From: Candidatus Saccharimonadia bacterium
GTDB lineage: Bacteria > Patescibacteriota > Saccharimonadia > UBA4664
DNA: 64,000 nucleotides
NCBI GenBank assembly: GCA_041743505.1
Contig: JBGTMQ010000020.1
Span: 17,099-81,098, forward strand
Reading direction: 5' to 3'
The notes under the pieces are model-generated. The model was not told the DNA's origin and ran no database searches. It worked only from the letters and a program-made list of their open reading frames with translations. This document shows positions 56,601 through 64,000 of the stretch, piece after piece (positions within the stretch are counted from its first letter, which is position 1; every line of letters begins with the position of its first letter). The position numbers and the translations under genes are program-made.

Positions 56601-57039
56601 AGGTGAAGTAGAATCGATGTCCAAAAGCGTTACGAATTTAAAACAGCTAAATAACACTCGCTGGGAGGGCGACATCAGTCTACCCAACAACAAGCCTGTA
56701 TTCCTGGCCTTTAACCAAAGCTTCGATCCGGGATGGAAGCTTTTTCTAGCACCCGGCAATCAGTCTCAAAACAACGCAAGTTCTATTGGCTTCACAAAAC
56801 CCGGCCTGGAAATTGATACCAAGAAACATTTTAAGGCCAACGGTATTAATAATGGCTGGGAGATTGACCCAAGCTCGTTACCGCCTAATTTACAGAGCAC
56901 ACCCATGCATTTTGTAATCGAATATTGGCCTCAGCGCTCATACCTACTGGCTCAAATAGTCGAAGGATCAGCTCTCCTCCTCTCAGTCGCCGGTGCTATT
57001 GCCTTTGTCATATTCAGGAGGCGGAACAAACATGCATAG
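53608..57039 (+). CDS. giant polytopic membrane protein with large extracytoplasmic C-terminal domain and C-terminal TM anchor (GT-C / AftD-like architecture; paralog 1)
   Basis: About 12-13 N-terminal TM helices, then roughly 700 aa soluble, then a final TM (ALLLSVAGAIAFVIF) and a basic tail. It shares the C-terminal module (F.PGW.L ... NGW.ID ... PQR) with 59426..63205. Confidence 0.55.
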   Translation: MGFMALEKVSKKTKTVFWAALGGVGIIVLALLSIKGKMFIIPDNMPITLENYQHIFLSNSAWSHFLNIPTYDQSIFIFRQYIFWLSKLFSLELGQGLLLGKILFVLSAGWGMYLLGKDINRRFFDGRIETLFLIIGAILYALAPAFLIADSFWVGIQFGYYIIPLILFSVTKIVLDGNWVYLPLYLWLLSLNNAIHYTYGGYPALIGIFCLALIIGEGRSEKIKLVRLAMRLTVIAIGYLLIISPNLVGLLSPDVGMATQMTKQSIDAPWSSASFVNVAVGMSSNNLILDYYSRDSLTKIAYGFLAFVPMIALISLLFLPKYREAAQKYYRFLLAIIIGYMLVILCFSDGSIFKFIHYSLAFDAPMGRILRTTRVTESFVLIALALIIPFSLHEIKRYSKIPTRIMAVIGTLVLLAYITPVLKGDINGPIISVPKQYLEQSNFLKTVADPSVDKTVAAPEFTASYGKDAVMKPHWSPNVGMIAEFLGYSQPIQAILTLDNLRHYYYFTVSDFYKKSNNLIFSEEFYALAHFLSLNNVRYLMFHADTQSNLKDIEFADKILDSKYWQSVYTNKDITVFENQVRQPAVSAYSQDETSLVSGGYRSAARFINQLPETLNQNRLFAFLDQGANPALIGTTGRLITDKTPGDLNGDIMAASVIAEKSLPGAQIIFPAEKTKQYAPESVWSTGTYANNHEQEWHRYVNEMDDYAWDFDWGHGILFINRAKNKLEIPIENASQGQSKIHVRYLKNDKGGDMYLNISGQRFHINSISPYDGFGWASFDVGQTKNNNHIILENSSGFNAVSTILIIDDKATNTIASTTKPLITNAKIIDNSLETSPNISRASGFESPSDMAQWRVSKKEGSFTSKLDTSQPKEGKSSLVVQTSGQSRAWSWIEGPSINVEPGEKYVFRTNIKLSNAMNSHIALIGKGKNGEKQLTQLPGAISGTSEWQSFRHTIKIPSGVTSVRVALNAGWAKDKSRPAKTWFDAIKLNPLTPALPLGEVESMSKSVTNLKQLNNTRWEGDISLPNNKPVFLAFNQSFDPGWKLFLAPGNQSQNNASSIGFTKPGLEIDTKKHFKANGINNGWEIDPSSLPPNLQSTPMHFVIEYWPQRSYLLAQIVEGSALLLSVAGAIAFVIFRRRNKHA

Positions 57040-57451
57040 GCTTGCCAGAAACGAAAAACCTTCGCAACGGCTAGTTGAGGTTGTATTACGAAACGGCAAA
57101 GTTATAGCAGTTACATTACTTGTCATAAGTATTATCGCTGTTACAAAACCCTCACTTGGACTAATTATATTATTCACGCTGGTCGTACTCGTCAACCTAT
57201 TTCAGGTTGACGCCCTCAAGTTATTTGGTCTAGGGCTAATACTAATGGCAATCTGGCTAGCCCTTTTTACAAGTGACTTCATCCACGCCAAAAGCCTAAT
57301 GCCATCAGGATTAGCGGGCAATTTCCAAGGCTGGCCCTACTACTTGTTTTTTCTCGGCCTCACCCGGCTCCTATTCACCGAGACCCGCCCCAAGAGATCA
57401 ACAGCCGGCCAATTAAGCAGAAACCAGCGTATTTATGGCAGAAGTAAATAG
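57032..57451 (+). CDS. small membrane protein
   Basis: RBS AGGAGG at 57016 then ATG 57032. 4 TM helices. Confidence 0.4.
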   Translation: MHRLARNEKPSQRLVEVVLRNGKVIAVTLLVISIIAVTKPSLGLIILFTLVVLVNLFQVDALKLFGLGLILMAIWLALFTSDFIHAKSLMPSGLAGNFQGWPYYLFFLGLTRLLFTETRPKRSTAGQLSRNQRIYGRSK

Positions 57452-57748
57452 CCAAAAAACAAATAATGTACTCTGGGCGCAGTCTATCAGGTTAACTATT
57501 TTGTAAATTCGCACAATTACGCCGCTTGTCCCAGCTCCTAAACTAATCAAGCTACAATGTGATCCGTTGCTACCAGATCAACGACCGGAGTTATGCCGAA
57601 TTTACTTAAAATCTCAACTTAACTATGCCTAAACGCGCATTCCGTCAGGTGATTCCTGCACGATGAACAGCGCGCTTCTTTCTGTTGTCAAAACTAACCA
57701 CTCAGGCTCAGGCCTCTACTGTATAAACGTCGATTTAAGGAACTAAAC

Positions 57749-58810
57749 ATGAACAGGTTACCAGAGAAGTCTGCCGCTACTAACCCGCACAATGCTCTGA
57801 TAAGTGTCATAATCGTCAACTGGAACGGCAAAAAATGGCTTAAGCGCTGTCTAGATACGCTTCTAGCTCAAACTCACAGTAACACCGAGATAATACTGGT
57901 CGATAATGGCTCCGCCGACGACAGTGTGGAGTATATTAAAACGAATTACCCATCCATAAAATTGGTACTATCGAAAACAAATCTGGGGTTTGCCGGGGGT
58001 AATAACCTAGGCTATAAACATGCGCACGGGGAGTATATCTTGCTTCTCAATAACGACACCTATGTTGAGCCAGAATTTTTAGAGAAGTTTGTGGCAGCAT
58101 ACGCAGAGATTCCTCGACTCGGCAGTGTTCAGTGCAAGCTTGTGCTCATGTACGACCAAAAGCATCTCGATGTGGCCGGTTCATATTGGACCAGTAGTTC
58201 ATTTCTTTACCACTATGGTTACGGCAAAGACGCTACCGACAAAAGGTACAATCAAAAAATGCCTTTTTTCTCAAATAAAGGCGCCGCAATGCTATTGCGG
58301 CGCGATATTATAGAAGAGTTAGGTCTCTTCGATGACGATTTTTGGTGCTACTACGAAGAGACCGACTTGTGCCATAGACTCTGGGTGGCTGGCTACGAAT
58401 GCTGGTATTATCCAAATGCAACCGCCTACCATGCCATGGGCGGTACCTCGCTGCTGTTTCCCAATGATTTTATTCAGTTCCATAACTTCAAAAATAAACT
58501 ACTGAGTTTCTTAAAAAACTTTCAGCTCCGAACGCTAATTACAGTAATACCGCTTTACCTACTGGTCAATTTTCTTCTCAGTATATTATGGCTTATCAAA
58601 GGCAAACCGAAACATGCGTTAGCACTTTATAAGTCTATCTGGTGGAATGCCAAGCACTTTAAAGCTACACTCAAGAAACGACAGCATATCCAAAGCATGC
58701 GTCTATCAAGTGATAAACAAATTTTCGCGCAGGTTAAACGCAACCCGTCGTTTAGCTACTATACAAAGCTGTTTAATGGAACGCTGGCGGAATATGAAGA
58801 CCGAATATAG
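57749..58810 (+). CDS. family 2 glycosyltransferase (rhamnosyl/galactosyl-transferase-like)
   Basis: ISVIIVNWNGKKWL...ILVDNGSADDS...LLNNDT matches GT2. Confidence 0.8.
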   Translation: MNRLPEKSAATNPHNALISVIIVNWNGKKWLKRCLDTLLAQTHSNTEIILVDNGSADDSVEYIKTNYPSIKLVLSKTNLGFAGGNNLGYKHAHGEYILLLNNDTYVEPEFLEKFVAAYAEIPRLGSVQCKLVLMYDQKHLDVAGSYWTSSSFLYHYGYGKDATDKRYNQKMPFFSNKGAAMLLRRDIIEELGLFDDDFWCYYEETDLCHRLWVAGYECWYYPNATAYHAMGGTSLLFPNDFIQFHNFKNKLLSFLKNFQLRTLITVIPLYLLVNFLLSILWLIKGKPKHALALYKSIWWNAKHFKATLKKRQHIQSMRLSSDKQIFAQVKRNPSFSYYTKLFNGTLAEYEDRI

Positions 58811-59450
58811 TGATTACTTCAAACAGCACTATAAAAGCACACTTACAGAAAAGGACATCGTAATTTATAGGCAATGGTTTGATCGTCAGTGGCGGATAAT
58901 CAACCAGAAAATAGCTATCACCCCTTCATCTGAAATTCTAGAGATTGGATCGGGTTTTGGAGGCTTTTATGGCTTCATAAGAGACTCTGGCAATCAAAGC
59001 TACACCGGTCTGGAGCTTGACCCCGAGGCAGCTGCTTTCGCCAACCGCTACTATGACACACAGGTATTTAAGGTCAGTTCCATCGAAGACTATAACCCGC
59101 CAACCACATATGACATTATTTTTGCATTCGAAGTATTAGAGCACATCGACAACCCGGGTGAAACTATCGCCAAGATACACAAGATGCTTAAGCCAGGCGG
59201 CGTTTTTTGTGCCACGTCTCCTTATCCGTTCAAGAAGAATATTGATGCAGACGATACACATGTATCAGTTTTACACCCCGCTAATTGGCGGCGGCTTTTC
59301 CAGCGGACCGGTTTTACGGACATCTCGTCCCATCCCATGTCGTTTTTACCGTTAGTGTGGCGGATTAATAAAAAGGCCAATATCAAGCTACCGTTTTACA
59401 TTCCATTTCAGGGCTTTATATCCACATGTCTCTTTATCGTCCAAAAATAA
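58794..59450 (+). CDS. class I SAM-dependent methyltransferase
   Basis: Motif I ILEIGSGFGGF and motif II/III region DIIFAFEVLEHIDNP. Start MKTEYS at 58794 overlaps the upstream gene's 3' end. Confidence 0.7.
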   Translation: MKTEYSDYFKQHYKSTLTEKDIVIYRQWFDRQWRIINQKIAITPSSEILEIGSGFGGFYGFIRDSGNQSYTGLELDPEAAAFANRYYDTQVFKVSSIEDYNPPTTYDIIFAFEVLEHIDNPGETIAKIHKMLKPGGVFCATSPYPFKKNIDADDTHVSVLHPANWRRLFQRTGFTDISSHPMSFLPLVWRINKKANIKLPFYIPFQGFISTCLFIVQK

Positions 59451-62400
59451 TAACCCTACTCAATATAGCGTTGGCTCTGTTTTTATTAGCTCTGCCTTAT
59501 TATCTTTTTCAAGGCAAGCTTTATATAGGTGGAGACGACACTCGTCTGTATTATTTATTTCCAGCAGAGTATCTTGCCAATCTCGTAAGTACTTCATGGT
59601 TCACATTTTCTTCGACCGGCTTATATAATCCGAATTTCTTTCTAATACCGCTATTAACTGTAGTTTCGGTTTTTAAATTTATAATCCGAAACCCAGTTAT
59701 TCTGACGTACTTCTTTTTTTCGGCACCATTAATACTTGGGGCTTATTTTTTTCAAAAGCTGGTCGGCTCTTTTACTCGAAATAGCAAAGAACTCATCATT
59801 TTCTTAGCTTCGCTCCAGTATATTCTTTCTCCAATCATGCTAGTTGGGCAGCTCGACAAATTTTTGTATTCAGTCTGGTTGATTCCACTTCTACCAGCCC
59901 TACTATACTTTCTCGTCAAATATTGTAAGACCGGCAGCAGTTCTGCTCTAATCGGCGGCGTGGGTTGGAGTGTGGTGATGGCATTAGCGATGTATTCAAT
60001 ACCTTGGCTATTGGGCGCGTTAATCCCCATAGGGTTGAGCGCCCTTATTATATGTACGTATTTTAGACTTTGGAGCAAAGTGGTCTTGATAAGAGGCACT
60101 GTTTTCTTAAGCTTGATCTTTTTGTCCCAGAGTTTTTGGCTAGTCCCTTTCATTAATTCTGTGCTTGTTCCAAGTAGTAATAGTTATGGAGGACAGGCCC
60201 TTTCTGGGGCAGTAGCCGATACTTTCGCTTCGACTGTACAGGCTACCTCTACCGGCAACGTGTTCTACCCGTTAATAGGCTACTTCCATCGAACGATCGC
60301 CTTTGACTTCCAATGGGAACTCGCTTCCGTATATTTGCGCTTCTACGACTACATCGCCGTCCTAGGCTTGGCCTTTCCTGCCATTTTTGTTTATGCATGG
60401 ATAAAGTTCAAAAAATCCAATAACGAAATCAATTGGTACGTTTACCTCGGACTATGGCTGGCATTTTTGGCTACGCTCTTTCTCTTCACCGTCAACATTG
60501 GCTTCTTTAAATCTGTCTTCATTGCCATGGGGCAGATACCTGGTTTTGCGATGTTTAGAAATAGTTACGACAAATTCGCTCTGGCTTATATATTCGTATT
60601 TTCCATTTTATTTTACGTATCGCTCCACACCTACGTGAAAGCCGAGACTAACAAAAAGAAGCTTGCAGCGGTCCTCGCTGGCTTCACTATACTGATACTT
60701 GTAAATTTTGTGCCGGCCAAACAATTAATAAATAGGCCGCTCTGGACTACCCAGAAGTCCTTTACGACCATTGATTATCCTCGTGAATATGTAGATTTTA
60801 TGGAAGCCATTAAAGAAGATGTGCCAATAGATAGTAATATCCTGAGCGTACCTTTTGGGTCGTCATCATACACAATCGTCAAAGATGAAAGCTCAAATAA
60901 CGTCTTCGCGGGACGGTCGCCAGTTAAGATACTTTCCGGCCGAAACGATTTCAGCGGCGACTTGTCTTTTGATGCCACTACAGCCCAGTTGATAAATAAG
61001 TATATTCAATCCAGAGATTATCGAAAATTGAAAAATGTGCTTAATAATCACAACGTTGGCTATATTGTAGAAACTAACAATATTCCCGAAGAGGTAAAAA
61101 AGTCCTACCTATTTAACACCCAAACATTTAATAAGCAGGATGCCCAGTTTAAACATGCCCTTTATGGCCCTCTGGTGTCGACTAGTAGCACCGGTGCTTA
61201 CAAGTTATATAGTATTAACGGACGTTCAGGGATAGCCACAGCCACCACCGGGGTACACAAGTACGTTGTTAACAGCACTGATTATGCTGTAAATGATAGG
61301 TACTTATTTGAAAAAGATGGGTTACTTGGCTTTGCAAACAGCGAATTGCCAACAGCTAGCACGGAGCTAATAAGTAACGCCTTTGCTTACCAAATAAACC
61401 CAAGCAGTACTATCCATGCCCAAAAAGGCGACTATTTAATGCACCTGGATAGCCCAGATATCGCGAGTTTTGTTAGGCTGCGCACACCAGCCGGATTAGG
61501 CGTCAAGAGAGATTTTCATTACTACATTGAGGGCAAGAAAGACTACAAGGCCAATAGCGTTCCTGTCGGCGTGTTGCCTGCTAGCTCGGGCTTACTAGTC
61601 GATGACATTCCAGTATCTCCGGACAAAGTTGATGGATACAGCGCGAGTTCAACAGACGATGTTAGAACGCTGAATCTAGCGGTGGCAAATGTATTTGGTT
61701 CAACCCTTAATTTTCTAAACAGCTCACAGAAAAACGATTGTAATGCTCACTCATCAAAGGGACAGAAGACAGCCTTTAACTACAACGCCGCAAACGCTTC
61801 AATGGTGTTAACAGCTACCGATAAGCATCTCGCCTGCTCATGGCATGAATATGAAGCTAGCCCCGACGCAGTTTATCAATTGCGGTTTAACTATCAAACG
61901 AACGCTTCAAACCTTAAGGTCGTAATCACTGATGAGAATGGGAAGCAACTGGAGGCAAAGGCCCTTCCAAAAACGGCCAACCAGTTTGCTAATTATTCCG
62001 GCTTTATTAATGTGTCGTCGAGACCGTTCAGAGTTTATTTTTATTCAGGCTCAAGTGACCAGATGGCCCGTACGGAATACAAAGATCTCCAGTTGAGCGC
62101 CTATGCCCCTGGGGTAAAAATTAATATTTCGGAGCCTATTAATAAGCTACCCGATAAAATCGCCGTTACCGTCCCGGGCCAAGACACTGGGGCAGTTAAT
62201 ATGACTATTGGTAATAGTGCGACAGATAATAAAGTTTCACCTTTTGCGCTATGGCACCAATCAAATTGTAATGCCGTGAATGATTCTGATTCGGCCGTTT
62301 CATACATCGATAAGGATGGCGGTATTCAGCTTAGGTCTGAAAAAAAGCATGACGCCTGTATCTATAACGACTTCGAAATTAACCCAAACGATAATTATCA

Positions 62401-63205
62401 GCTGGATCTACGATATGACAAACCTCGCGACCAAAGCACATATGTATATATAGGCTTTGGTCGTGGCCACAAGCCGGTTACCTTTCCTCTAACCAATTCA
62501 GGGCAGCTTAAAGCCATGATAGAGCCACCGAAAAGCGCGGCCTTAATGCGGCTGTATTTGTATTCCGGACATTCACTGAGCCAGAACGAGATCACTTACA
62601 AAAGCCTTAACATTAGCTCAATGGCAAAATATGGCTACCGCAACAGTCTAGTTAGTGTCATTGGTAACAAAGAATATGATGTTGACACTAGTAAACTGAG
62701 CCCAACAAAGTACTTGATGACGGCTCATAATATCGATAGCGCTTTTCTGCTTAATTTAAGTGAAGCTTTTCATCCAGGATGGGAGCTAAGTATTAAGGGC
62801 AGAAAAGATAACTCAGCTATGCAGCACGCTGAAATAAATCAGTACTCTAATGGCTGGTACATTGATATTAATAAACTTTGTCGGGGGCAAAAGTTATGCA
62901 CCCAAAATGCCAACGGCTCCTATGACATGGAAATGGTCGCAGAGTTTAAGCCCCAGCGCTGGTTCCATGTTGGCTCTATCATCAGCGGCGCTACGCTCCT
63001 CGGCTGCATCGGCTACCTAACCTACAGTTGGCGGCGACGGAAGCAAAAACCTGGCGAGGAAACTGGTGAGCCACCACAGGATAACGAGCCACCGACGGAC
63101 CGAGAGCCGCCAAAAGCGCCACCAACTCCACCCATGCCGCAAAAACAGGTCCGTCGACGTAGTATGGACATGACTAGGCGCACAGGAGGCGTAAAACGGC
63201 TATGA
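59426..63205 (+). CDS. giant polytopic membrane protein with extracytoplasmic C-terminal domain, C-terminal TM and Pro-rich tail (paralog 2)
   Basis: About 12 N-terminal TM helices. Shares the C-terminal module with 53608..57039. Final TM LLGCIGYLTYSW, then RRRKQ and a Pro-rich tail. Confidence 0.55.
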   Translation: MSLYRPKIITLLNIALALFLLALPYYLFQGKLYIGGDDTRLYYLFPAEYLANLVSTSWFTFSSTGLYNPNFFLIPLLTVVSVFKFIIRNPVILTYFFFSAPLILGAYFFQKLVGSFTRNSKELIIFLASLQYILSPIMLVGQLDKFLYSVWLIPLLPALLYFLVKYCKTGSSSALIGGVGWSVVMALAMYSIPWLLGALIPIGLSALIICTYFRLWSKVVLIRGTVFLSLIFLSQSFWLVPFINSVLVPSSNSYGGQALSGAVADTFASTVQATSTGNVFYPLIGYFHRTIAFDFQWELASVYLRFYDYIAVLGLAFPAIFVYAWIKFKKSNNEINWYVYLGLWLAFLATLFLFTVNIGFFKSVFIAMGQIPGFAMFRNSYDKFALAYIFVFSILFYVSLHTYVKAETNKKKLAAVLAGFTILILVNFVPAKQLINRPLWTTQKSFTTIDYPREYVDFMEAIKEDVPIDSNILSVPFGSSSYTIVKDESSNNVFAGRSPVKILSGRNDFSGDLSFDATTAQLINKYIQSRDYRKLKNVLNNHNVGYIVETNNIPEEVKKSYLFNTQTFNKQDAQFKHALYGPLVSTSSTGAYKLYSINGRSGIATATTGVHKYVVNSTDYAVNDRYLFEKDGLLGFANSELPTASTELISNAFAYQINPSSTIHAQKGDYLMHLDSPDIASFVRLRTPAGLGVKRDFHYYIEGKKDYKANSVPVGVLPASSGLLVDDIPVSPDKVDGYSASSTDDVRTLNLAVANVFGSTLNFLNSSQKNDCNAHSSKGQKTAFNYNAANASMVLTATDKHLACSWHEYEASPDAVYQLRFNYQTNASNLKVVITDENGKQLEAKALPKTANQFANYSGFINVSSRPFRVYFYSGSSDQMARTEYKDLQLSAYAPGVKINISEPINKLPDKIAVTVPGQDTGAVNMTIGNSATDNKVSPFALWHQSNCNAVNDSDSAVSYIDKDGGIQLRSEKKHDACIYNDFEINPNDNYQLDLRYDKPRDQSTYVYIGFGRGHKPVTFPLTNSGQLKAMIEPPKSAALMRLYLYSGHSLSQNEITYKSLNISSMAKYGYRNSLVSVIGNKEYDVDTSKLSPTKYLMTAHNIDSAFLLNLSEAFHPGWELSIKGRKDNSAMQHAEINQYSNGWYIDINKLCRGQKLCTQNANGSYDMEMVAEFKPQRWFHVGSIISGATLLGCIGYLTYSWRRRKQKPGEETGEPPQDNEPPTDREPPKAPPTPPMPQKQVRRRSMDMTRRTGGVKRL

Positions 63206-64000
63206 TACGCTGGCGGCCATGGTTCATATACGGCGCACTCGCAGTAGTCATAATGGGACCATTGTTACTCCCGGGCTACATACTCACAATCGACATGCCC
63301 TGGACGCCTTGGCTGCCGGAACAGACGCCAGGGGACAGCAGCTGGCTGTTTTTCACGCTACTCGGCTGGCTAGGGATAGTGATTCCGAGCATGATACTGC
63401 AAAAGTTGCTATTACTCGCCATCTTCATAGTAGCCGGGGTCGGTGCCTACAAACTGGCCCAAGACAGGGTAGGGCAGTGGCCGGCTTATTTCGCCGGCGT
63501 AGTCTACGTCGTGAACCCGTTTGTTTACACCCGCCTCGTGGCCGGGCAGTACCTAATCTTGTTGGGCTATGCTCTATTGCCGTGGTTTGCCTTGGCGCTG
63601 GTCAAGCTGCTAGAGCGGCCGGGCTGGAAACGGGCGCTGTATCTGGCCGCCTGGGGCTTTGGCGTGGCGACAGTGGCCATCCATGACATCGGTTTAATAG
63701 CCTTACTCGCGCTCGTAATCGTACTGGCGGCCAGCTGGCGGCATTGGCCTGTCTTGCTTGGTTCTGCTAAATGGTTGGCGCTGGCCTTTGTCTCGTGGCT
63801 GGCCTTGTGCGCCATATGGCTAGTCCCATTAGTGATGGGCCGCTCATCCACAGCGCAACAAATCGGTGAGTTTAGCTGGAATCAGTTTGGTGGTTATATC
63901 ACCGCTGGCGAGCAAGCCTGGGTGCCGCTAAATACCCTCGCATTGCAGGGTTTTTGGATCGACACTGCCGGAAAATATGCTTTGCCGAGTGCTACCGGCG
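63202..64000 (+). CDS. N-terminal part of a third polytopic membrane protein (high-GC; 3'-truncated by window edge)
   Basis: The frame is open from ATG 63202 to the window end with no stop, and hydrophobic TM segments run throughout. It is absent from the ORF track because it has no stop codon. The track ORF 63219..63686 is in the wrong frame. Confidence 0.5.
   Translation, partial: MIRWRPWFIYGALAVVIMGPLLLPGYILTIDMPWTPWLPEQTPGDSSWLFFTLLGWLGIVIPSMILQKLLLLAIFIVAGVGAYKLAQDRVGQWPAYFAGVVYVVNPFVYTRLVAGQYLILLGYALLPWFALALVKLLERPGWKRALYLAAWGFGVATVAIHDIGLIALLALVIVLAASWRHWPVLLGSAKWLALAFVSWLALCAIWLVPLVMGRSSTAQQIGEFSWNQFGGYITAGEQAWVPLNTLALQGFWIDTAGKYALPSATG

Noticed and set aside
63219-63851. ORFs 63219..63686 (+) and 63567..63851 (-)
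   Set aside because: Both are Arg/Ala-rich out-of-frame translations. The true gene is the stop-less frame opening at ATG 63202, which encodes consecutive TM helices.
1-64000. CRISPR arrays, rRNA genes, integrases/transposases
   Set aside because: None found. Scanning for regularly spaced short direct repeats found only the structures reported above.

Overview
This is a 64-kb chromosomal segment from a Gram-positive, Actinomycetota-like genome. It is mostly high-GC, with interspersed low-GC blocks and many ATGA/GTGA overlapping gene junctions. Actinomycetota hallmarks include DUF397, DUF2277 and Ku-LigD. In order along the window: an adaptive-response alkA-ogt pair; assorted small enzymes and transporters; a lectin-like cell-wall-anchored surface protein with its class F sortase; a pentapeptide-repeat protein; a tandemly triplicated DUF397 module with an HD-like convergent partner; a Ku-LigD non-homologous end-joining operon (LigD in phosphoesterase-ligase-polymerase order); an orphan sensor histidine kinase; a block of hypotheticals; a secreted C25-like cysteine peptidase; and a decayed MarR module next to tRNA-Glu. 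The last third (40.5-64 kb) is a cell-envelope glycosylation / exopolysaccharide locus: a Wzx-like flippase, GT2 and GT4 glycosyltransferases and a methyltransferase, plus three paralogous giant polytopic membrane proteins. A secreted beta-propeller-SGNH hydrolase sits within this locus, surrounded by paralogous small membrane proteins. This locus contains a rearranged duplicated region (44.1-48.3 kb) and a low-GC cassette (52.6-63.2 kb). I found no rRNA, CRISPR array, integrase or transposase. Recurrent non-coding structures include three copies of a roughly 123-bp element with palindromic inverted termini, and a two-copy REP-like hairpin family. Near-identical terminator hairpins also flank a low-GC cassette at 30.8-31.6 kb.
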